Assembly (NCBI RefSeq): GCF_024700885.2
Contig: NZ_CP117016.1
Reading direction: 5' to 3' (one strand)
From: Escherichia coli
Lineage (GTDB): Bacteria > Pseudomonadota > Gammaproteobacteria > Enterobacterales > Enterobacteriaceae
Length of the DNA: 64,000 nucleotides
The notes below the pieces were generated by a model. That model saw only the letters and a list, made by a program, of their open reading frames with translations. It was not told where the DNA came from and made no database searches. Below, piece by piece: positions 17,539 to 26,700 of the stretch (position 1 is the first letter of the stretch; each line of letters opens with the position of its first letter). The translations under genes and the position numbers were made by a program.

Positions 17539-18819
17539 TCAATCAATTGCGCTTGTCATCAGTTCTCTTGCCGAATGCAGCCGGATATAAGCAACCCACG
17601 CCGCCAGCAACGTGAATGCCCCGGCAAACAGGAAGCAGGCCGCATAGCCAAAATGTTGAGCAACAACGCCACCGATAACGCCAGCCAGAATGGCGATTGC
17701 CGCGTCAGTACATTGAAAGAGGGTGAAGTCGACACCGGCCTGCAAAGGCGATGAAAGCGACATCAGCGTGGCGTAAAGACAGACCAGCGCGCAGGCCAGC
17801 GAAATGGACTGGACAATGACCAGACACTGGAGAATCTGCAGCAGCAGATGACCCGGCGCCATCATGAGCGTCATCACCACCGCCAGCAGCGCGATCCCCT
17901 GGACGCCATAAGCCGTCAACAGCGCTCTGCCGGGTGAGGTGTATTTCATCAGCAATCCGCCGGCCAGCGTTCCTGCTATGCCCGCTGCAATATTGCCGCC
18001 GCTGAACAGCGCGCCCAATGCGGACATGCTCAACCCATGATCCAACAACAGCGGTGCCAGAAGAGGCAGCACAAACCGCATGCCTGAATTCAGCATCAAT
18101 ACCAGCAGTAAGCCCAGGCGCGCCTGCTTCCTCCTTAGCGCATAACCTAACGCCGGAACATGCGGGATAGTCGCTGTTCGCGTCGGCTCCGTAATGCGCC
18201 ACAGCGGGAGTGACAGCGCCATAATCAGCACCGCCATCATCAGCATGGCGACAGGCCAGCCGGATGCCGCCGACAGCATCAGGAACACCCCGCCGCCGCA
18301 CATCATTCCCAGATAGCTGCCGCCGACCTGCACGCTGTTTCCCCAGCCGTAACCCGTGCGGGTCAGTTGATCGACACAAAAGCCGTCGCTGGCGATATCA
18401 ATGGTGGAGGCGACCGTGCCTGCCACCATAAACAGAACAAATAACGCGACGATTTGCGTATCGGGGAATCCCCCTTCTCGCCCAAACCAGCCAATCGCTG
18501 CGGCAATAGTCAGGATCGCCGCTAGCGCGACCTGACCACGCAGGATTAACATGCGGGAACGGCGTTCCTGGCTACCGGGCGGAAGCCGCCAGCGCTCGAT
18601 CCACGGCGCCCAAATAAACTTCAGCGCCCAGGGCAGCATAAACAGGGTTGTCGCACCGGCAAGCGCCAGCGAACCGCCAGCAGCGCGCACCAGCGCGGGT
18701 AAGGACTGCATAGACAGCGCCGATACCAGACTCTGCGTCACATAGACGCCGGCAATAGCAAAAATCACCCGCCCGGTCGTCAACGTCAGAGGTTTCACAT
18801 TCGACTGAACATCACTCAT
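17539..18819 (-). CDS. ybtX: MFS-type inner-membrane protein YbtX (Irp8)
   Basis: Polytopic membrane protein; start set at internal Met (MSDVQSNVKPLTL...), giving 426 aa and an 8-bp overlap with the ybtQ stop; the 467-aa extended ORF is probably not used. Confidence 0.85.
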   Translation of the reverse strand: MSDVQSNVKPLTLTTGRVIFAIAGVYVTQSLVSALSMQSLPALVRAAGGSLALAGATTLFMLPWALKFIWAPWIERWRLPPGSQERRSRMLILRGQVALAAILTIAAAIGWFGREGGFPDTQIVALFVLFMVAGTVASTIDIASDGFCVDQLTRTGYGWGNSVQVGGSYLGMMCGGGVFLMLSAASGWPVAMLMMAVLIMALSLPLWRITEPTRTATIPHVPALGYALRRKQARLGLLLVLMLNSGMRFVLPLLAPLLLDHGLSMSALGALFSGGNIAAGIAGTLAGGLLMKYTSPGRALLTAYGVQGIALLAVVMTLMMAPGHLLLQILQCLVIVQSISLACALVCLYATLMSLSSPLQAGVDFTLFQCTDAAIAILAGVIGGVVAQHFGYAACFLFAGAFTLLAAWVAYIRLHSARELMTSAID

Positions 18820-20614
18820 GCACCCACTCTCCAGACGCGGAACCCCCGTCGTCGCGCCACACGCGCGCGGCCATTTGCGCCTGCCACAGCGCCTGATAAC
18901 GTCCATGATGTGAGAGCAATTGCGCATGAGTACCCTGCTCAACCACCTGTCCCTCTTCCATCACCAGAATGTTTCCGGCCCCGGCGATGGTGGATAAACG
19001 GTGAGCGATGATAATCACCGTCCGGTTGTGAACCAGGTTATCGATCGCTTTTTGCACCGCCAGCTCGCTTTCAATATCCAGCGCGGCAGTCGGTTCATCG
19101 AGAATGACGACCGGCGCGTTTTTCAATAACGCTCTGGCAATGGAAATCCGCTGGCGCTCGCCGCCCGATAGCTGGCCGCCCATCTCTCCCATTGGCGTCA
19201 GCCAGCCTTGCGGAAGACGGGAAATAAACTCAAGGCACTGCGCCGCGCGGGCGGCCTCTTCTACCTCCTGCCGCGTCGCCTGTGGGCGCGCGATACGGAT
19301 ATTCGCCAGCAGCGTGTCATCAAACAGCCAGACATCCTGGAAAACAACAGAAATCAGGCTATTGAGCTGTTCCGGCGTCAGGCGGCGAATATCGACGCCG
19401 CCAATAGAAATCTGCCCTTGCTGCGGATCGGCATAGCGCATTAACAGTTTGGTGACCGTAGTTTTGCCTGCGCCGGAGGCACCCACCAGCGCGCTCATAC
19501 TGGCTGCCGGGAACGTCAAAGAAACATGATTAAGCGCGTGGCCGTCACCTTCTTCGTAGCGATAGCTGACGTTGTCAAAGCGGATATCGTAACGTTCCGG
19601 CATCTCGCTTTGCTCTGCGACGGGAAGCGGTGCTATCGCCATAAACTGCTCAATCCGTTGCAGGGCGCTGGCGATCAGTTCCACAACCGAGGTGTAGCTG
19701 ATAAACATCGCCATCGGTTCTGCGAAGCGCATAATCATCGCGACGGCGGCAATCAAAAAGGCGAGGTTCAGAGTGCCCGTCACTACCCAGACGATCCCGG
19801 ATAACACCACCACCTGTAGGCCCAACTCCACGACGCTGGCGATCAGCATCGTTGCGCCAGCGCCCTGACGGTGAGTGCGGGTCTGTAAGTTTTCCAGCGC
19901 ATTGAAATGCGCCAGCAGCGCCCGGCTTTTATCGGCATCGCTGCCGCAGGTGCGCAATACCATCATCCCCTGAGCAAATTCAACGATATCGCCGCTCAGA
20001 CGCTGGTGCGCTTCCCCCAGCGTCTGCATTTGTCGCCGCATCGCCGGGCGGCGCCAGTAATAAAACGGCACCAGCAGAGGGAAGATCAGCAACATCACCA
20101 GCCCCAGCCGCCAGTCTATCCACAATGTCGCCAGCGACGCCGTCAGCGGCGTGACAATGGTGAGCAGCAAAATATTGGCTATCGCAATAACATAATTGAG
20201 GTTTTCATCCACGCTGCCCAGCAGCAAGGCGTTCATTTCACCCGCCCTGCCGCGCTGGAGCTTATCCAGCGGCACGCGGCGTAACTGCTCGCCAAGTCGC
20301 AGGCGCAACTCATGGGTAGCCTGCGCCAGATGACCACGGTATTCAAAGCCCAGGCCATACCAGCGTAGCACCAGCGTCACAATTGCGGCGACGCTGAAGG
20401 CCATAGCCCAGTTAAGAAGTTGCGGCGCGTCTCCCCGTAACAGCGCATCAATGATCGGATAAAGACAGGCAAAGGCGATCCCCTGCATGAATGCCGCCAG
20501 CAACAGCGCCAGCATACTGCGTCGCAGCATCCTGGCCTGACTGCCAACGCTGGAGATAAGCTGGCGCCAGATGACGCGCCAGGCCAGGTTATCCGCAGGA
20601 TTATTGTCTTTCAT
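18812..20614 (-). CDS. ybtQ: ABC transporter permease/ATPase fusion YbtQ (Irp7)
   Basis: 600 aa from internal Met; N-terminal six-TM exporter-type domain plus Walker A GASGAGKTT and signature LSGGERQRISIARAL; overlaps ybtP stop by 14 bp. Confidence 0.9.
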   Translation of the reverse strand: MKDNNPADNLAWRVIWRQLISSVGSQARMLRRSMLALLLAAFMQGIAFACLYPIIDALLRGDAPQLLNWAMAFSVAAIVTLVLRWYGLGFEYRGHLAQATHELRLRLGEQLRRVPLDKLQRGRAGEMNALLLGSVDENLNYVIAIANILLLTIVTPLTASLATLWIDWRLGLVMLLIFPLLVPFYYWRRPAMRRQMQTLGEAHQRLSGDIVEFAQGMMVLRTCGSDADKSRALLAHFNALENLQTRTHRQGAGATMLIASVVELGLQVVVLSGIVWVVTGTLNLAFLIAAVAMIMRFAEPMAMFISYTSVVELIASALQRIEQFMAIAPLPVAEQSEMPERYDIRFDNVSYRYEEGDGHALNHVSLTFPAASMSALVGASGAGKTTVTKLLMRYADPQQGQISIGGVDIRRLTPEQLNSLISVVFQDVWLFDDTLLANIRIARPQATRQEVEEAARAAQCLEFISRLPQGWLTPMGEMGGQLSGGERQRISIARALLKNAPVVILDEPTAALDIESELAVQKAIDNLVHNRTVIIIAHRLSTIAGAGNILVMEEGQVVEQGTHAQLLSHHGRYQALWQAQMAARVWRDDGGSASGEWVHE

Positions 20615-22403
20615 TTTCCACCACCTCTTCCTGTGTTCCACCCGGCACCCAATGCTGCGCCTGCTGATAGTGTTGCCAGAGCCGTTGATACAGGCCGCCC
20701 TGCGCCAACAGTTGCGTATGGTTCCCCATTTCCCTGAGTTGTCCGTCGGAAAACAGCAATATCACATCGGCCTGAGTCACCATTGAGAGACGATGCGCGA
20801 CCATGATGACCGTCCGGCCACGCATGGCCGCCGCGAGCGCCTTGATAAGCGCCGCTTCGTTTTCCGGGTCAGCAAACGCCGTCGCCTCATCGAGCACCAG
20901 GATGGGGCGATCCTGCAAAAGCGCCCGGGCGATAGTAATGCGCTGCCGCTGGCCGCCGGAGAGAAATACCCCACGTTCCCCGACTCGAGTGTTGTAACCT
21001 TCTGGCAGAGCGCTAATAAAATCATGGGCCTGCGCCACTCTGGCCGCCGCTATAACCGCCTCCAGCGGCGTATCCGGCGCGCCCAGACGAATGTTATTGG
21101 CTATCGTGTCGGCAAAAAGGAAGTTGTCCTGAAACACAAACGAGAGTTGCTTCATCAGGGTGTCCGTCTGCATATCACGCAGATCCACGCCGCCAATACG
21201 GATATGGCCTTTGTCCGGGTCGGCGTAACGCAGCAGCAAGCGCGCCACGGTGCTTTTTCCGGCGCCGCTTGGCCCGACCAGCGCCACAATTTGCCCGGCA
21301 GGCACATGAAAGCTCACCTCCTGCAACGCGGCGCCAGTACGCGCTTGCGGATAATGAAAGCTCACCTGCTCAAAGGTAATGCTCGCCTCTTGCGGCTGCT
21401 GGTCAGACTGCGGCAGCGATAACTCCGGCATCGCGAGAACCTGATAAATACGCTGAATGCTTAAACGCGTTTGCGCGACCAGGTTATTGAGCATCATCAT
21501 TGGCATTACGGCTTCGGCCATTCCGCTGCCCAGCAGTAAAACGGCCACCCACGCGATAAAATCGAAACTGCCATAGTGCAACAGGCCGTATCCCGACCAG
21601 ATCAGGACAAACAGGGTCGGGAGAGGATTCAGAATCGAGAAGGAAAAACGCGCTGAAAAACCGGCTTTGCGATACCAGGTTTTGAGCACATCGACCCACT
21701 CTTCAAGGGCGCGTTGATAGCGCAAAAAACTGGTGCTGCCGCTATCAAACGTTCTCACCACGGGCATGGCCTGCACGAACTCAATAACCGCCGCGCTAAC
21801 CTGCTCGCGCGCCTTATGATAACGCTGAGCCATATTTTCCGAACGCTGGCGGGCGAGCACGAGAACAACCGATCCAAACGCCAGTACCCCCAGCGTCGCG
21901 ATTGCCAGCCGCCAGTCCAGCCAGAACAAGATAACGATTGTCGCCAGCGGCATGATGATCGCGCGGGCATAGAGCGGCGTGCTGTCGGCCACAAAAATAT
22001 GTAACGACTTCACGTCATCCAGCATCACTTTCGCCACTGACCCGCTGCCCATTTGCTGTAACACGCCAGGCGGAAGCTGCAATGCTTTACGGGCTAACCT
22101 GCTGCGCAGAATGTTCTCCAGATGAAAAGCCGCGTAATGAGAGGTGTTGAACGCCTGTAAGCGCAGAACAAAAGTTAAGACCACGCAGCCGATCACGCCG
22201 CCCAGCGGCCAGGCCGGAATAGCGTCAGGCGTCGCGCGAATGTCACGCAGGCTCCACGCCAGAAAAAGGAGCGCCCCCAGGCTGGTTAATGCCGCCAGCC
22301 CCGCCAGCGCCATAGCTAAAATAACCTTCCTGCGAACCGGTGTAATCACCTGCCAGAGAGGAAATCGGGACAGCGATTCAGTATTGGATGATTGAGATGA
22401 CAT
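20601..22403 (-). CDS. ybtP: ABC transporter permease/ATPase fusion YbtP (Irp6)
   Basis: 600-aa ORF; Walker A GPSGAGKST, signature LSGGQRQRITIARAL; first gene of ybtPQXS, divergent from ybtA. Confidence 0.9.
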   Translation of the reverse strand: MSSQSSNTESLSRFPLWQVITPVRRKVILAMALAGLAALTSLGALLFLAWSLRDIRATPDAIPAWPLGGVIGCVVLTFVLRLQAFNTSHYAAFHLENILRSRLARKALQLPPGVLQQMGSGSVAKVMLDDVKSLHIFVADSTPLYARAIIMPLATIVILFWLDWRLAIATLGVLAFGSVVLVLARQRSENMAQRYHKAREQVSAAVIEFVQAMPVVRTFDSGSTSFLRYQRALEEWVDVLKTWYRKAGFSARFSFSILNPLPTLFVLIWSGYGLLHYGSFDFIAWVAVLLLGSGMAEAVMPMMMLNNLVAQTRLSIQRIYQVLAMPELSLPQSDQQPQEASITFEQVSFHYPQARTGAALQEVSFHVPAGQIVALVGPSGAGKSTVARLLLRYADPDKGHIRIGGVDLRDMQTDTLMKQLSFVFQDNFLFADTIANNIRLGAPDTPLEAVIAAARVAQAHDFISALPEGYNTRVGERGVFLSGGQRQRITIARALLQDRPILVLDEATAFADPENEAALIKALAAAMRGRTVIMVAHRLSMVTQADVILLFSDGQLREMGNHTQLLAQGGLYQRLWQHYQQAQHWVPGGTQEEVVENERQ

Positions 22404-22481
22404 GGGAGTAACTGAATTTCCTGATGAATTTTTACGGACGCCAAAAACGACAATTCAGGGTGGCGTTCTGAGAATTAATGT

Positions 22482-22536
22482 GAATAATAACCATTATCAA
22501 TAACTCATCTACCCCATTCGGTTCTATTTATACCCG
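22482..22536 (-). promoter_or_regulatory. ybtP promoter region: Fur-box-like sequence plus YbtA repeat (RS) in reverse orientation
   Basis: gaataataaccattatc (22482-22498) resembles the Fur consensus; the reverse complement of 22509-22536 (cgggtataaatagaaccgaatggggtag) parallels the RS palindromes upstream of irp2 and fyuA. Confidence 0.45.
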
Positions 22537-22569
22537 CATTGGTCTAAGCCACAGGGAGATAACCAGGTC

Positions 22570-23529
22570 ATGACGGAGTCACCGCAAACGCAATCTGAAA
22601 TCTCTATTCACCAGTTGGTGGTCGGGAAACCTGCAAACGATGGCAATATTCCTGCTCAGTGTGAACTGCTGCGCTGTTCGTTGCAGGAAGGTATGGATAT
22701 TTTGCTCTGGAGGGGCCATTTTGCGCGGCCAGAGACGTTGCAGCTACACGACGATCTGGGCAGGATTAACTTCTCGTGCATCCTGGAAGGCACATCGCGC
22801 TTTGCGATTCAGGGACTCCGGCGCCACACCGACTGGGAGCTTGCGCGCAATCGCCATTACATTACCCATACGCCAGACTGTCGCGGCAGCGCCTCCTATT
22901 GTGGCCGATTCGAGAGCATTACCCTCTCCTTCAGCCCTGAAACCCTCGCGCTGTGGGTGCCGGATATTAGCGCGGTCATTAAGAATAAGATCGACTCCCA
23001 CTGCTGTTGCCAGCAGCAGCGTTGTAATGCTGAAACCCACTTAACGGCTCAGGCCTTGCGTCACGCGCTGATGCGCATGCACGGCGGCTTCAGTCATGAA
23101 CAAAAGCCGTCGACGCTATGGTTGCAGGGGCAAAGTCTGGTCATGCTCAGCCTGGTGCTGGATGAACATCGCGAAGACGCCAGTTGCCTCTCCTGCCACT
23201 TCAACCCGATGGAACGCCAGAAACTGCTGCGGGCGAAGGATCTGCTGCTGGCTGATCTGACGCAAGCGCCGGGCGTCGCGGAGCTGGCCAGAGAGTCCGG
23301 TCTGAGCGTTCTCAAAATTAAGCGAGGCTTCCGCGTTCTGTTCAACAACAGCGTCTATGGCCTGTTTCAGGCTGAACGAATGCAGGAAGCCAGAAGACGC
23401 CTGGCCAACGGCAATACCTCCGTCATGACGGTGGCGGCCGATCTGGGCTATGCCAACGCCAGCCATTTCTCTGCCGCCTTCCAGAAACAGTTTGGCGTAA
23501 CTCCTTCGACCTTTAAACGCGGGATGTAA
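22570..23529 (+). CDS. ybtA: AraC-family transcriptional activator YbtA
   Basis: 319-aa ORF with C-terminal AraC-type HTH (...GYANASHFSAAFQKQFGVTPSTF); located between ybtP and irp2. Confidence 0.9.
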   Translation: MTESPQTQSEISIHQLVVGKPANDGNIPAQCELLRCSLQEGMDILLWRGHFARPETLQLHDDLGRINFSCILEGTSRFAIQGLRRHTDWELARNRHYITHTPDCRGSASYCGRFESITLSFSPETLALWVPDISAVIKNKIDSHCCCQQQRCNAETHLTAQALRHALMRMHGGFSHEQKPSTLWLQGQSLVMLSLVLDEHREDASCLSCHFNPMERQKLLRAKDLLLADLTQAPGVAELARESGLSVLKIKRGFRVLFNNSVYGLFQAERMQEARRRLANGNTSVMTVAADLGYANASHFSAAFQKQFGVTPSTFKRGM

Positions 23530-23563
23530 CCGGGGTCGCGCCCCCCTAAACTCCTCCCTGACA

Positions 23564-23598
23564 GAGGCCCGGATACCCCATCCGGGCCTCTGTTCTTT
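23564..23598 (+). terminator. rho-independent terminator after ybtA
   Basis: Inverted repeat agaggcccgga / tccgggcctct followed by gttcttt. Confidence 0.5.
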
Positions 23599-23611
23599 CC
23601 GCCTGTTACCA

Positions 23612-23676
23612 ACCCGAAACGGGCATAAATAAACCCGTTTCGGGTAGCATCCAATTGTTAATAATTATTATTCTCA
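23612..23676 (+). promoter_or_regulatory. irp2 promoter: 38-bp RS palindrome (YbtA site) plus Fur-box-like sequence
   Basis: acccgaaacgggcataaataaacccgtttcgggtagca (23612-23649) is near-identical to the element at 42895-42932 upstream of fyuA; AT-rich Fur-like ttgttaataattattattctc at 23656-23676. Confidence 0.55.
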
Positions 23677-23719
23677 TATGAGTAATGCTTTTCGGTAAGA
23701 CGTGCCATCAGGAGGAAGA

Positions 23720-26700
23720 ATGATTTCTGGCGCACCATCTCAGGATTCGCTGTTACCGGACAACCGCCACGCGGCTGATTACCAACAATTACGCGAGCGG
23801 CTCATACAGGAACTGAATTTAACGCCGCAGCAGTTACATGAAGAGAGCAACCTGATCCAGGCCGGCCTGGATTCCATAAGATTGATGAGATGGTTACACT
23901 GGTTTCGTAAAAATGGCTACCGCCTTACCCTTCGCGAGCTGTATGCCGCCCCCACGCTGGCGGCATGGAACCAGTTAATGCTCAGCCGGTCGCCGGAGAA
24001 CGCGGAAGAAGAAACGCCGCCCGACGAATCATCCTGGCCGAACATGACCGAAAGTACCCCCTTCCCATTGACGCCAGTACAGCACGCCTACCTGACGGGC
24101 CGCATGCCGGGGCAGACGCTTGGCGGCGTGGGTTGCCACCTGTATCAGGAGTTTGAAGGCCATTGTCTGACGGCGTCGCAGCTGGAGCAGGCCATCACGA
24201 CCTTGCTGCAACGCCACCCAATGCTGCATATCGCCTTTCGCCCCGACGGGCAGCAGGTCTGGCTACCGCAACCTTACTGGAACGGCGTCACCGTTCATGA
24301 TTTACGCCATAACGACGCTGAAAGCCGCCAGGCCTATCTGGACGCACTGCGCCAGCGCCTGAGCCACCGTCTTTTACGCGTGGAAATCGGCGAAACGTTT
24401 GATTTTCAGCTGACGCTCTTGCCGGACAATCGCCACCGCCTCCATGTCAATATTGACCTGCTGATTATGGATGCCTCCAGCTTTACGCTTTTCTTCGATG
24501 AGCTTAACGCCCTGCTGGCCGGAGAATCGCTGCCGGCTATCGACACCCGCTATGATTTCCGCTCGTATTTGCTGCACCAGCAGAAGATTAATCAACCACT
24601 GAGAGACGACGCGCTCGCTTACTGGCTGGCGAAAGCATCGACGCTTCCCCCCGCGCCCGTCTTGCCGCTGGCCTGCGAACCCGCCACGCTATGTGAAGTC
24701 CGTAATACCCGACGCCGCATGATTGTCCCGGCAACACGCTGGCACGCCTTTAGCAACCGGGCCGGCGAGTATGGCGTGACGCCGACAATGGCACTGGCGA
24801 CCTGTTTTTCTGCCGTGCTGGCTCGCTGGGGCGGCCTGACGCGTCTGCTGCTTAACATCACCTTATTCGACCGCCAGCCGCTGCACCCGGCGGTTGGCGC
24901 GATGCTTGCCGACTTCACCAATATTCTTCTGCTGGATACCGCCTGCGATGGCGATACCGTCAGCAACCTGGCGCGTAAAAACCAGCTCACGTTTACGGAG
25001 GACTGGGAGCATCGCCACTGGTCCGGCGTCGAATTACTCCGTGAACTCAAACGCCAGCAGCGCTACCCCCACGGCGCCCCGGTGGTATTTACCAGCAATC
25101 TGGGGCGTTCCCTCTACAGCAGCCGCGCAGAATCGCCGTTGGGCGAGCCGGAATGGGGCATCTCGCAAACGCCGCAGGTCTGGATAGATCATCTGGCGTT
25201 CGAGCATCACGGCGAGGTCTGGCTACAATGGGACAGCAACGACGCGCTGTTCCCTCCGGCGTTAGTCGAAACATTGTTCGACGCCTACTGCCAGTTGATT
25301 AACCAACTCTGCGATGACGAAAGCGCCTGGCAAAAGCCGTTCGCAGATATGATGCCCGCCAGCCAGCGCGCGATACGCGAACGGGTCAACGCCACCGGCG
25401 CCCCCATTCCCGAAGGCTTGCTGCATGAAGGCATTTTCCGTATCGCTCTGCAACAGCCGCAGGCGCTGGCGGTAACGGACATGCGTTATCAGTGGAATTA
25501 TCATGAGCTGACAGACTATGCCCGCCGTTGCGCGGGCAGGTTAATCGAGTGCGGGGTTCAGCCCGGCGATAATGTGGCTATCACGATGTCGAAAGGCGCA
25601 GGACAACTTGTTGCGGTTCTGGCCGTCCTGCTGGCCGGGGCGGTTTACGTTCCGGTTTCGCTGGATCAGCCTGCCGCACGGCGCGAGAAAATCTACGCTG
25701 ACGCCAGCGTCCGGCTGGTGCTCATTTGTCAGCACGACGCCAGCGCCGGGTCAGACGATATTCCCGTCCTTGCCTGGCAGCAGGCCATTGAGGCGGAGCC
25801 GATCGCCAACCCGGTAGTACGCGCCCCCACGCAACCGGCCTACATTATCTACACCTCCGGCTCTACCGGTACGCCGAAAGGGGTAGTCATTTCTCACCGG
25901 GGAGCGCTTAACACCTGTTGCGATATCAATACCCGCTATCAGGTTGGCCCGCATGACAGGGTGCTGGCCCTCTCCGCCCTACATTTTGATTTATCGGTTT
26001 ACGACATTTTTGGCGTACTGCGCGCGGGCGGCGCGCTGGTGATGGTGATGGAAAATCAACGGCGCGATCCTCACGCATGGTGTGAGCTGATCCAGCGCCA
26101 TCAGGTCACGCTCTGGAACAGCGTCCCGGCGCTGTTCGATATGCTGCTGACCTGGTGTGAAGGTTTCGCCGACGCCACGCCGGAAAACCTGCGCGCAGTG
26201 ATGCTTTCCGGCGACTGGATCGGGCTTGACCTCCCCGCCCGTTATCGGGCCTTCCGGCCACAAGGACAATTTATCGCGATGGGCGGTGCCACCGAGGCGT
26301 CTATCTGGTCTAACGCCTGCGAAATTCACGACGTCCCCGCCCACTGGCGCTCCATCCCTTACGGTTTTCCGCTAACCAACCAACGCTACCGGGTGGTGGA
26401 TGAACAGGGCCGGGACTGCCCTGACTGGGTGCCGGGTGAATTATGGATTGGCGGCATTGGGGTCGCGGAAGGCTATTTCAACGATCCCCTGCGTAGCGAG
26501 CAGCAATTTTTGACGCTCCCGGACGAGCGCTGGTATCGCACCGGCGATCTCGGCTGCTACTGGCCAGATGGCACAATCGAGTTCCTCGGTCGTCGTGACA
26601 AGCAGGTCAAAGTCGGAGGATATCGCATCGAGCTGGGCGAAATCGAAAGCGCGCTCAGCCAGCTGGCGGGGGTGAAACAAGCAACCGTTCTGGCGATCGG

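Noticed and set aside
17705-18379. 224-aa minus-strand ORF in an alternative frame of ybtX
   Set aside because: Arg/Ala/Gly-rich translation of GC-rich DNA in the wrong frame of a well-supported membrane protein gene.
17539-18942. Extended 467-aa version of ybtX and extended versions of ybtQ, ybtU, amn, yeeO, nac and cobS ORFs
   Set aside because: Upstream extensions overlap neighbouring genes or promoters and lack plausible ribosome-binding sites; internal Met starts give the lengths I expect for these proteins.
20777-22395. Plus-strand ORFs (up to 209 aa) within ybtP
   Set aside because: Antisense to ybtP, which has intact ABC motifs; Arg-rich artefacts of high GC content.
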